DNA from: a virus
Taxonomy: Duplodnaviria > Caudoviricetes
Virus record (IMG/VR): IMGVR_UViG_3300014656_000139
Span: 1 to 24,210 of that record
DNA length: 24,210 nt
Reading direction: 5' to 3' (one strand)
Made by a program: the position numbers and the translations under genes. A model generated the notes under the pieces. The model was not told where the DNA came from. It searched no databases and saw only the letters and a program-made list of their open reading frames with translations. Numbering within the stretch: the first letter of the stretch is position 1; each line of letters begins with the position of its first letter. Positions 6,816-14,871 of the stretch are shown here, in pieces.

Positions 6816-8167
6816 GCGGGGATCTGAAAAAGAGCCCGATCACGTGGCGCGACCGTGTGGGGCCCGGTGTCTGGGACAAGGTCGTCGCAGGGGGGAGGAG
6901 TGGGACCGTGGACAACCAGGCATCGGCCGATCTGTCTCCGGAGGTCCTCGTCGGCAGAATCGCCGCGATGGAGCAGTTCCTCGCGAGGCGCGATTTCTTC
7001 CGCGACTTCCGTGCCGAGGTCGAGGAGGCGGACAAGAGCAAGGGCGTCATTCAGTCGATCATCTCGGACGACTCGACGGACTACTACGGCACCGTGATCG
7101 CCCCGGGCGCCTTCGAGGACAGCCTGCCGCGGTTCCGGGACAAGGGCGTGGTGCTGTGGATGCACGGGATCGAGCTGCTCCGCGGCCACAAGCCGGTCGG
7201 GAACCCGGTGGACGGCTACCCGCAGTACGTCGGGAAGGGGAAGCGGCTCCTCCGGGCACGGACGAAGTTCGACATGCTCGATCCGTTCGCCTCGGAGGTC
7301 TTCCGGATGTACCGGGACGGCGTGATGAAGGACTGGTCCGTCGGGTTCCGGATCCCGAAGGACGGCTGGGCCGAGGAGCCGATCCGCGAGGATCAGACGA
7401 GCATCACGATCTGGACGGCGACGCTCACCGAGTACAGCGCCGTGCACGTCGGGGCCAACCCGAACGTCGAGACGGAGAAGATTCAGGGCCTCGTGCGGAT
7501 CGCTCTTGGCGGCTCGCCGGCACCGCCCCCGCTGACGTTCGAGCTTGACGACGAGGACGAGGAGCTCCGCGGTGCCCTGAAGCCCCACAAGACCGACCTC
7601 GCGCCGGAAGACACCCCATGGCGCCTCACGACCAAGGAACAGAACGAGCTCCCCAACGAGGCGTTCTCTTGGATCGACAAGGACTACCTGAGCGGGAAGT
7701 CCGAGGACAAGAGTCTCCGGAAGCTCCCGCATCACACGAAAGACATGAAGTGCGTCTGGCGTGCCGTGGCCGCGGCCATGGCGGTGCTCCGCGGTGCCCG
7801 CGGCGGGGCGAATATCCCCGACAAGGACCGTGCTGCCGTCTACCGCCACCTCGCCGGGCACTACAAGCAGTTCGACAAGGAGGTTCCTCCACCGCCCGGA
7901 CAGAAGGCCGCGGACGAAGAGGAGCCCAGCGAGCGTGAGCTCGAGGAAGTCATGGGCCGGGAGATCGGGCCGACGGGTGGTGACTCGATGGGACGGGTGG
8001 TGGTGCCCGCTCCCGACCCTGCTCTTACGAATGAGCTCGCACGGTTGCGGGCCGAGATCGAGGAGGTTGCACGGAGAGCACGAGAGCTTGAAATCGACCG
8101 TACGACGACGCGCAAGGCCGCGGATCTGATCGAAAGACTGGTGGTGACGTACGGAGGGAAGCGGTGA
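6812..8167 (+). CDS. HK97-type prohead protease with an additional C-terminal domain
   Basis: True start ATG 6812 (ATGA overlap with the portal stop), not 6473. Motifs DYYGTVIAPGAF, VLWMH, WSVGF, EYSAVHVGANP; extra domain LPHH...VWRAVAAAM...GARGG...HL..HY..F. Confidence 0.88.
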   Translation: MSGDLKKSPITWRDRVGPGVWDKVVAGGRSGTVDNQASADLSPEVLVGRIAAMEQFLARRDFFRDFRAEVEEADKSKGVIQSIISDDSTDYYGTVIAPGAFEDSLPRFRDKGVVLWMHGIELLRGHKPVGNPVDGYPQYVGKGKRLLRARTKFDMLDPFASEVFRMYRDGVMKDWSVGFRIPKDGWAEEPIREDQTSITIWTATLTEYSAVHVGANPNVETEKIQGLVRIALGGSPAPPPLTFELDDEDEELRGALKPHKTDLAPEDTPWRLTTKEQNELPNEAFSWIDKDYLSGKSEDKSLRKLPHHTKDMKCVWRAVAAAMAVLRGARGGANIPDKDRAAVYRHLAGHYKQFDKEVPPPPGQKAADEEEPSERELEEVMGREIGPTGGDSMGRVVVPAPDPALTNELARLRAEIEEVARRARELEIDRTTTRKAADLIERLVVTYGGKR

Positions 8168-9696
8168 AGTACTTCGATGAGGCCGCGAACGGCGGAACGA
8201 CGAGCGAGCAGACGCAGAAGAAGCCGCCCGTCGAAGCCGGGACCGCGGTCTTGGATCCGACGACCGAGCAGCTCCATGCGATCGGGAAGCTCCTTCACGA
8301 CGTGAAGGACGTTCTGAAGCGCGGGGAGGACCAGAACAAGACGAAGGACGAGGTCGAGGCCGAGGCGATGCGCCTGCTCAACTCGGCGATCAAGACGCAG
8401 GCCGAGACCCCCCGCAAGATGGTGTTCCCGTCCGGGCAGAGCGGCGAGCTCCGCCAGCTCTGCGCCGGCCGCACCGTTGAGGAGGTGTACAACCTCCCGA
8501 CCGACAACAAGCAGATCCGTGAGTGGCAGGAGCTCGGCTCGCGCCTCGCGATCCAGCACCTGATCCACGGAAGCCCGCAGAGGGCTCACCGGACGAACTA
8601 CTACGAGCGCGGAGGCTACCGGACGCTCAAGGCACATCAGCGTTTCCTCTCGCTCTCGAAGGAGCTCGACAAGGCGGTGCGTGCCGCGGACTCGACGAAG
8701 CCGTGGAACATCACGACCGCCGGACAGGGCTTGGAGTTTGTTCCGTCGGATCTTGCGAACACGTGGCTGGAGCCCTACAGGCTGAAACTGGCCGTCGCCG
8801 CGCTGTTCCGTGAGATCCCCATGCCGACGAACCCGTTCGACATCCCGGTTCTCACGACGAGGGTGCAGGCTCTGAAGCGCACCGAAGTCGCCGCGAAGCC
8901 GACCAGCGTCTACTCGGAGATCACTCTGACGAATCAGGGCACCTCGAAGAGGACCCTCACGGCCGTCGGGTACTACATGGTGTCGATGATCTCCTCGTAC
9001 GCCGAGGAGGATGCGATCGACGCGGTGATGGACCTGATCCGTGACGACCTCGGTCGTGGCATGGTCGACGCGCTCGAGAACGGGATCCTCAACGGCGACA
9101 CCGCTGGTACGCACCAGGATGCCGACGTGACCGCCGCGACCGACATCCGCACCTGTTGGCTCGGGCTCCGGGCCTACTGCGCGGACATGGAGGCTGCCGG
9201 GAACAACGGCACGTCGGTGCTCAACGGCAACATGTCCGTCGCTGGTCTCCAGGCGGCGCGTGCCGCGATCGGGAAGTTCGGAGTCATCCCGCAGGAGTGT
9301 GCCTGCATCATCTCGCCCATGTCGTACCTGAAGCTCATCAAGGACACGAACGTGGCGACGGTCGACAAGTTCGGCCCGGCCGCGACCATCCTTCAGGGCG
9401 AGCTGGCGAAGTGCGAGGGCATCCCGATCATCGTATCCGAGTGGCAGCGCGAGGACATCGACAACGAGGGTTACTACGTGGACGGCGTCGACGACGTCAG
9501 CACGGCGATCCTCGTCAACCGCATGGCGGGCTTTTGGGGAACGAAGGGGGGCATCGCCCTCGAGACGTTCCACGACCCGCTGAACAAGGCCGACACGCTC
9601 ATCGCCGATGCGCGCAGGGCCTGGACGTGGCACGAGGACGCTGCGGCTGCCTCGTCCAAGTACATCCACTGCCTCATCAAGGTGACGCTGGCCTAG
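8164..9696 (+). CDS. Major capsid protein (HK97 fold) with long N-terminal delta/scaffold region
   Basis: Follows the protease; G.E.VP, FREIPMPTNPFDIP, LENGILNGD, VDKFGPAATILQGELAK.EGIPIIVSE motifs. Confidence 0.93.
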   Translation: MKYFDEAANGGTTSEQTQKKPPVEAGTAVLDPTTEQLHAIGKLLHDVKDVLKRGEDQNKTKDEVEAEAMRLLNSAIKTQAETPRKMVFPSGQSGELRQLCAGRTVEEVYNLPTDNKQIREWQELGSRLAIQHLIHGSPQRAHRTNYYERGGYRTLKAHQRFLSLSKELDKAVRAADSTKPWNITTAGQGLEFVPSDLANTWLEPYRLKLAVAALFREIPMPTNPFDIPVLTTRVQALKRTEVAAKPTSVYSEITLTNQGTSKRTLTAVGYYMVSMISSYAEEDAIDAVMDLIRDDLGRGMVDALENGILNGDTAGTHQDADVTAATDIRTCWLGLRAYCADMEAAGNNGTSVLNGNMSVAGLQAARAAIGKFGVIPQECACIISPMSYLKLIKDTNVATVDKFGPAATILQGELAKCEGIPIIVSEWQREDIDNEGYYVDGVDDVSTAILVNRMAGFWGTKGGIALETFHDPLNKADTLIADARRAWTWHEDAAAASSKYIHCLIKVTLA

Positions 9697-9712
9697 TGAG
9701 GCGATGTGAGTC

Positions 9713-9744
9713 TGTGGGGGAGGGGCTTCGGTCCCTCCCCCATG
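9713..9744 (+). terminator. Strong stem-loop after the capsid gene (cUUCGg tetraloop, no U-tract)
   Basis: TGTGGGGGAGGGGC-TTCG-GTCCCTCCCCCATG; may be a partial terminator or an mRNA-stabilising hairpin. Confidence 0.65.
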
Positions 9745-9758
9745 AGAAGGGAAGAGCG

Positions 9759-10073
9759 ATGCAACGGAAGAAGAAGGCGGCCAAGGACCCCGGCGACGGA
9801 CCGGCCCCCGCAAAGGTCGGGGCCCCGAAGTACGTGCGCTTCATTCGGAACTTCCGGGGCGTCGGGTTCTCGGCGAAGGCCGGGAGAGTGAAGACCGTCG
9901 AGGAGTGCGGGGACTTCCTCGAGGACATTTTGCAGATGGGCTACGGCGTGGAGACCGACAGCCCGGAGGAGGTCGCGCCTCGGGCAGCTGGGGCGTCAAC
10001 GGATCCGCAGAACCATCCGGAGGCGGGCGATCCGCGCTACAGCGGACTGCGGAGGGGAGGAGGACCGCAGTGA
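9759..10073 (+). CDS. Small hypothetical protein after the capsid gene (104 aa)
   Basis: ATG 9759 after GAGAAGGGAAG; core KYVRFIRNFRGVGFSAKAGRVKTV...LEDILQMGYGVE resembles small post-capsid proteins. It is the 3' part of track ORF 9156-10073. Confidence 0.75.
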   Translation: MQRKKKAAKDPGDGPAPAKVGAPKYVRFIRNFRGVGFSAKAGRVKTVEECGDFLEDILQMGYGVETDSPEEVAPRAAGASTDPQNHPEAGDPRYSGLRRGGGPQ

Positions 10074-10996
10074 AGAGGCGGTGGATGCTCTATCGGGCTG
10101 GCGCCGTTCTGGTTGCTCTCGCCGTAGTCTGGATCGTCTCCGGGGTGTCGGTGGAGAAGGTCGCTGCGACGAGCAGCTACACGCCGAACGAAGCGCTCAA
10201 TCGGATCCTGGACGAGCTGCTGACGACTCCGGCTGACACGACGGTGGCCAGGGACACCACGTCCCTGGCCCTTCCGAAGCCGAGCGGATGCGACATACTC
10301 GACACGCTCGTGGTCCCAGACACGACGGCACGGGACAGCTCGTTCATCACGACGGACACGGCGTCTGTGGACACGGTGGCCTTCACCGAGACGATGCCGA
10401 CATGCTGCCACGAGCTCGACACGCTGGTGGTTGTGACCGATTCCTTCTGGGTCTGCACGGACACGGCCTACGTGGACACGATCTCCTTTGGGAGTCCGCC
10501 GCGCCGGGCCCCGGTTCCCACGTGCTACGACGTCTTGGACACGCTGATTGAGTACACCATCGACCTCGACAGCTTCCATGTGTGTACGGACACCGTGATC
10601 ACTCCGGAATATGTTGGGGTTGTCCCGTCTGTGCTACGTGCGATCGAAAGCGGCGGTTCGGGCAAGGTGGCCTATGACTTCGCGGCTCTGGACGCCGACT
10701 CGACGACGTGGGTCTCGCCTCCGGAGAAGTGCGGCATGTTCGGGTGGGACCTCATTCGGTTCACAGCCGCCGACGGTCCGTGCTCGCTGTTCCTCTGCAG
10801 CACCCTGAATGCGACGGACACGGTCTGCGTGGACACGCTTGTGGTCCCGTTTCCTGGAATGAACATGGGGGCACAGGGATCCTTCGTCCCGCTTCCCGTG
10901 CTCTTGCCGCTCGAACTTGAGGGGTTCGGGGTCGCGACCGCAGAGAGCCTTTCCTACCTACGGATCTTCTGGCTCCCGAAACGAGGTGGTTCGTAG
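10070..10996 (+). CDS. Predicted exported protein (308 aa) with three Cys-containing repeats and dense D-(S/T) motifs
   Basis: GTG 10070 after GGAGGAGG, GTGA overlap; N-terminus MKRRWMLYRAGAVLVALAVVWIVSGVSVEKVAA is a signal peptide or anchor; 17 D-T/D-S dipeptides; 10 Cys. Confidence 0.8.
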   Translation: MKRRWMLYRAGAVLVALAVVWIVSGVSVEKVAATSSYTPNEALNRILDELLTTPADTTVARDTTSLALPKPSGCDILDTLVVPDTTARDSSFITTDTASVDTVAFTETMPTCCHELDTLVVVTDSFWVCTDTAYVDTISFGSPPRRAPVPTCYDVLDTLIEYTIDLDSFHVCTDTVITPEYVGVVPSVLRAIESGGSGKVAYDFAALDADSTTWVSPPEKCGMFGWDLIRFTAADGPCSLFLCSTLNATDTVCVDTLVVPFPGMNMGAQGSFVPLPVLLPLELEGFGVATAESLSYLRIFWLPKRGGS

Positions 10997-12394
10997 ATGA
11001 AGCCGCGCCTCTCCACGATCGTCGCCGTGGTCTTCTCCGTCGCGTGGGCTTGTCCTGCCCAGGCCGGGAGCGACTACGTGCTCATCACGGGCTACGAGGG
11101 CGGCTACGGGCAGTGGTCAGGGAAGGTCGTCACCGGAACCGGGACTCTTTGCGACACGTCTTTGACTGTGAAGTACAGGGGGACCCGGGCTGCCAGACAT
11201 CGGTGCGGATCGACGGACGGCACGAGCGCGGCGCTCCTCAAGCCGGACCGAAGCTCCTTCGTGAGCCTCTCGTATTGGTCCAACACGAACCGCATTGTCG
11301 GCTCAGGGGCCTATCGTCATCCCGTGCAGCTCATCCAGTCGTCTCGCACGTCTGGGATCGGACTGTTCTCCACAACTCAGTGGCATTATGCAGCATCCTC
11401 CGATTCGTTCCAGCTTGGCTGGACGGCTCGCGACGACATAGGGGGCTATCCGACCACGAATGGGGGCATCTACCCGAAAAAGGAGTGGATCCGCTACGAG
11501 ATTGAGATGTATCAGTCGGCACACGGATGGATTCGCTTCAAGGTGAACGGCGAAACGCTCTACGATGCGCCGGCGATCCTCGACACATCATATGTCGACA
11601 GTGTGCTGGTGGGGTGGATTGCGGACGCCTCGTTCGGCGACATCGACACCGGCACCGTGTACTACGACGACGTCGTGTACAGCACGGTCCATTATCCTGC
11701 GCCCCAGACTAGGATCTTTGAGGCACACGCAGATCCAGGCGGCCTCTCCGAATGGTGGGGCGCCAACATCACGGGGACCGGGAACATCCTGAGAGACTCG
11801 CTTCTAACATCGTTCTCGGGCACGAGGGCGCTCGTGGCGGTACCCAGCGTGGCAGGCTGGATGACAGTTAAACAGATCCTGCCCCCTGTTCAGGCTTGCC
11901 TCCACTTCGAGGGCCAGATCAACGCGGACAACTTCCAGTCGGGGAGCCCGGTGAGGCAGGTTCTATACGGATACGCTCGCGGGAACTCCTCGGTTCGGCT
12001 TCAGCTCTTCATGGCTGCCGTGTCTGGTGGATACCGAATCGGCCTAACTCTCTCAGACGACGTGGAGATCATCCAGAGCAACACGCCGATCGACACGGTA
12101 TCGGGGGGCTCTTGGCATCGCCTGAACTGGTGCCAGTGCCGCGGCGCTGGGGACGGGGTCTTCCAGATCGACATTGACGGTCAAACCAAGTACTCGGCGG
12201 CAAATCTGACAACCACAAACTCGATGATCGACAGCATGCTTGTCGGTCTCCGGGTTACTAATCCCGTGAGCGAGTCGGGATGGGTAGCGTGGGACGAGAT
12301 CTACGTGCACTCCATGCCGTGCCCGCCTCCGTGCGGGCTCACGACGCGACTGGATCGAGTCCCCTCACGGGTACAAGTCGGGATGTGGTGGTGA
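10997..12394 (+). CDS. Predicted secreted protein with two tandem ConA/LamG-like beta-sandwich domains
   Basis: Signal peptide MKPRLSTIVAVVFSVAWACPAQA; RBS GAGGTGG; internal duplication (W..YEI..GWIRFKVNG...DSVLVGW...GTVYYDDV versus WHRLNW..GVFQIDIDG...DSMLVGL...GWVAWDEI). Confidence 0.75.
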   Translation: MKPRLSTIVAVVFSVAWACPAQAGSDYVLITGYEGGYGQWSGKVVTGTGTLCDTSLTVKYRGTRAARHRCGSTDGTSAALLKPDRSSFVSLSYWSNTNRIVGSGAYRHPVQLIQSSRTSGIGLFSTTQWHYAASSDSFQLGWTARDDIGGYPTTNGGIYPKKEWIRYEIEMYQSAHGWIRFKVNGETLYDAPAILDTSYVDSVLVGWIADASFGDIDTGTVYYDDVVYSTVHYPAPQTRIFEAHADPGGLSEWWGANITGTGNILRDSLLTSFSGTRALVAVPSVAGWMTVKQILPPVQACLHFEGQINADNFQSGSPVRQVLYGYARGNSSVRLQLFMAAVSGGYRIGLTLSDDVEIIQSNTPIDTVSGGSWHRLNWCQCRGAGDGVFQIDIDGQTKYSAANLTTTNSMIDSMLVGLRVTNPVSESGWVAWDEIYVHSMPCPPPCGLTTRLDRVPSRVQVGMWW

Positions 12395-12398
12395 TGCC

Positions 12399-13265
12399 AT
12401 GGCCGAACTGAGACGACGAAGCGGGATCTCCTACGGCGGGCCAGTCGATCTCCTCGATGAGGGCTACATCGAGCGCTACGTCGGCGGAGAGGATGTGGGT
12501 TTCACCTGTGGCGCCGCCGCGGACAAGGACTTCGTCGGCTACGTGGCCGTCGACGGGGACGGGTACGAGAGGGCCTATCGGAGCTACTTCCGGTTCGACT
12601 TGTCGGGCCTCAGCCTGGACAGCATCGCCGCAGGGACGCTCCGCTGGTACGTCGAGGGGATCGACCTGTACCAGGGATACCCCACACCTTCTGAGTCGCT
12701 GCGGATCGAGTACGGCTGGGGCGCCTTCGGGAATGTTCTGTGCACGGCACCGAATCCGGGATCGAACTGGAACCCTTCGGACATGTGGCTGCTGTGCATC
12801 CTACCGTGGATCAGGTGGGCCGGAGACGGGGTGGGGAAGTACTACGAGCACGTGCTCACGCTGACCCAGCTGCGGACGCTGTTCTCCCACGAGTCCGCCG
12901 ATCAGCGGCTGGACCTGCGGTTCATCCTCTCGTCGCAGGGTCCCGACACGGGCTTCCGCGTTCGGATCCCGGCTGGCGAGGACATTCGACTCTATCCCGA
13001 GCTCGTTCTTCAGACCGGGACCCTTCTCGAGACGGAGCCGCTTGTTGCTGTCGCCTCGGACGATGGTGTCCTCACTCCGAGGGCCGAGGCCGGGGCCGTC
13101 AAGTCGGGCGTCGAGAGTGGCGCTGCGGAGGCGCGTGTCGAGACGCACACCATTCACGCGGCGGTCGATTCGGGTGTGGTCGGCGGCGTGCGCGTCGAAG
13201 ACGGTGCCGTGAAGGCCGGCTGCGCGAAGAGAACCCTCACCCTTCGCACCGAGGAGGGCGCCTGA
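12399..13265 (+). CDS. DNRLRE-like beta-sandwich protein with 9-residue periodic C-terminal tail
   Basis: YRSYFRFDLSGL....IAAGTLRWY and a terminal YPELVL match the DNRLRE-type domain pattern; C-terminal V-E/D-x-G repeats. Confidence 0.6.
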   Translation: MAELRRRSGISYGGPVDLLDEGYIERYVGGEDVGFTCGAAADKDFVGYVAVDGDGYERAYRSYFRFDLSGLSLDSIAAGTLRWYVEGIDLYQGYPTPSESLRIEYGWGAFGNVLCTAPNPGSNWNPSDMWLLCILPWIRWAGDGVGKYYEHVLTLTQLRTLFSHESADQRLDLRFILSSQGPDTGFRVRIPAGEDIRLYPELVLQTGTLLETEPLVAVASDDGVLTPRAEAGAVKSGVESGAAEARVETHTIHAAVDSGVVGGVRVEDGAVKAGCAKRTLTLRTEEGA

Positions 13266-13628
13266 GTGGCAAGGACCGAGGTACAAGTTTCGCTCTTCGC
13301 CGGCGACAAGTTCCCGCTCGAGTTCGCCGTGCTCGAGGGCTCGGAAGCCGAAGGCTGGGAACCGCTCGTTCTTCGGGACTCAGCGGAGCAGGAGTGCGGC
13401 GTCACGCTCACTGTCTGGCACGAGAAGACCAAGACGAAGATCGTCACCGCTCAGGCCGTGACCCTATCGGACGCCGACGCAGGGCTCTGCTACTACGTCC
13501 TGAGCGCAGCCGAGACCGCAACAGCGGGAAGGTACGTGGGCCAGCTGAAGATCACGAACGTGGGCTCACACGATGCGATCAAGCGGACGGAGACCTTCAT
13601 CCTCTCGATCGCACCGACGGAGGCGTAG
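13266..13628 (+). CDS. BppU N-terminal-like (Ig-like) adaptor protein
   Basis: AGDKFPLEFAV...LSDADAGLCYYVLSAAETATAGRYVGQLKIT pattern; RBS GGAGGG; GTG directly after the previous stop. Confidence 0.65.
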   Translation: MARTEVQVSLFAGDKFPLEFAVLEGSEAEGWEPLVLRDSAEQECGVTLTVWHEKTKTKIVTAQAVTLSDADAGLCYYVLSAAETATAGRYVGQLKITNVGSHDAIKRTETFILSIAPTEA

Positions 13629-14252
13629 ATGGGCGCGGACACCGGACTGGAATACTCCCTCGTCCCGACCGTTGCCGAGATGAAGGGCTATCTGGGGTTC
13701 TCGGAACCGAACGAGGACGACCCGGTCAAGGAGCTCCTCCTCGAGATCACGGAGGATCTGGAGCACTGGTGTGGCCGGCACTTCGTGTCGCGCACGTGGG
13801 ATCTCCGGATCCACGGGAACGGGAACACGAGGATCCTCTTGCCGGAGTGGCCGGTTCAGTCGGTCACATCCATCTATCTCGACGACGACGACACGGTGGA
13901 GCTTCCGACGACGTCTCTCCTCTTCGACAACGACGAGCAGCGCGGGCGGTTCCTCTACGCGAGGGACGGCTACGCCTTCACGAGAGGCGAGCACAACGTA
14001 CACCTCACGTTCGTGACGGCGTACCTCCAGAACCCCACAGCGGAGCAGCTGACGGCCGGCTACCTGAAGCTGCCCGCGTCGATCGTCGGGCTCGCGAAGC
14101 GGATCGCGGCGCGGAGATGGAAGCGCCGGCAGAGGCTCGGAGACGAGGTGGTCTCCGAGACGTTCGAGGGAGGAACGGTCCAGTACCTCCAGGAGGAGCT
14201 GACGGAGCGCGACAAGGCAACCCTGCGGAGGTTTACGAGGTTCCGTGTCTGA
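13629..14252 (+). CDS. Head-tail connector/adaptor (HK97 gp6 / SPP1 gp15-like)
   Basis: TVAEMKGYLG...DD..ELLL...LEHWCGRHFV...LPEWPVQSVTSI...NVHLTFVTAY...LP; synteny. Confidence 0.85.
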   Translation: MGADTGLEYSLVPTVAEMKGYLGFSEPNEDDPVKELLLEITEDLEHWCGRHFVSRTWDLRIHGNGNTRILLPEWPVQSVTSIYLDDDDTVELPTTSLLFDNDEQRGRFLYARDGYAFTRGEHNVHLTFVTAYLQNPTAEQLTAGYLKLPASIVGLAKRIAARRWKRRQRLGDEVVSETFEGGTVQYLQEELTERDKATLRRFTRFRV

Positions 14253-14871
14253 TGAAGGCGGCATCGCAATTCGCATCCCGGAGCTCCGGATCCCCCCGTC
14301 CCTGGTGGACAACCGGGAGATGCTGGAGCGGCTGTGGAAGCACGTGGGCGTTGCGGCGGTGCAGATCGGCTCGATGCTTGAGGACGCGGCTAAGTACGGA
14401 GTCACCGGACGCTTTCTCAACGTGCGGTCCGGAGATCTCCGCCGGTCCATCGCGCACAACGTGGAGAAGGGCCGCCCGGGCGAGGAGCTCCGGATTCACG
14501 TCGGCTCGCAGGACCGTGTGCCCTACGGCGCGATCCACGAGTTCGGCGGAACGATCAGGCCGAAGAGGGCGAAGTTCCTGTGGATCCCTGGCATCCACAA
14601 CAAGACCGCTACGGGCCAGGCCAGGAGCGCACCGAGCGACTGGTATCCGTTCGGCGAGCACGGCATGTGGTTCCACCCGGGACTGCTCGCCGGCGAGTTC
14701 GAGGCGTTCGTAACCGAGGGGAAGAAGACGAAGCACATGTTCACCCTTCGGAAGAGCGTGAAGATCGAAGGCAAGGAGTGGCTCAAGACGGCGATCGAGG
14801 AGCGGTTCGCTGAGATTCACCGCATGTGGTGGGACGCGCTTGCGAAGTTCGTCGCCGAGGAGAAGGCGTGA
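14245..14871 (+). CDS. Neck/tail completion (virion morphogenesis, Mu gpG / HK97 gp10-like) protein
   Basis: LNVRSGDLRRSI, VGS...VPYGAIHEFGGTIRPKRAKFLWIP and KSVKI motifs. Confidence 0.82.
   Translation: MSDEGGIAIRIPELRIPPSLVDNREMLERLWKHVGVAAVQIGSMLEDAAKYGVTGRFLNVRSGDLRRSIAHNVEKGRPGEELRIHVGSQDRVPYGAIHEFGGTIRPKRAKFLWIPGIHNKTATGQARSAPSDWYPFGEHGMWFHPGLLAGEFEAFVTEGKKTKHMFTLRKSVKIEGKEWLKTAIEERFAEIHRMWWDALAKFVAEEKA

Noticed and set aside
11030-11053. Lipobox at VAWAC in the 10997 protein
   Set aside because: Trp at -2 is atypical, and a good signal peptidase I site (AQA) follows immediately.
12740-14713. 657-aa Arg-rich plus-strand ORF and similar off-frame ORFs (19636-20955, 21599-22807)
   Set aside because: Alternate-frame artefacts overlapping well-supported structural genes; composition typical of GC-rich off-frames.
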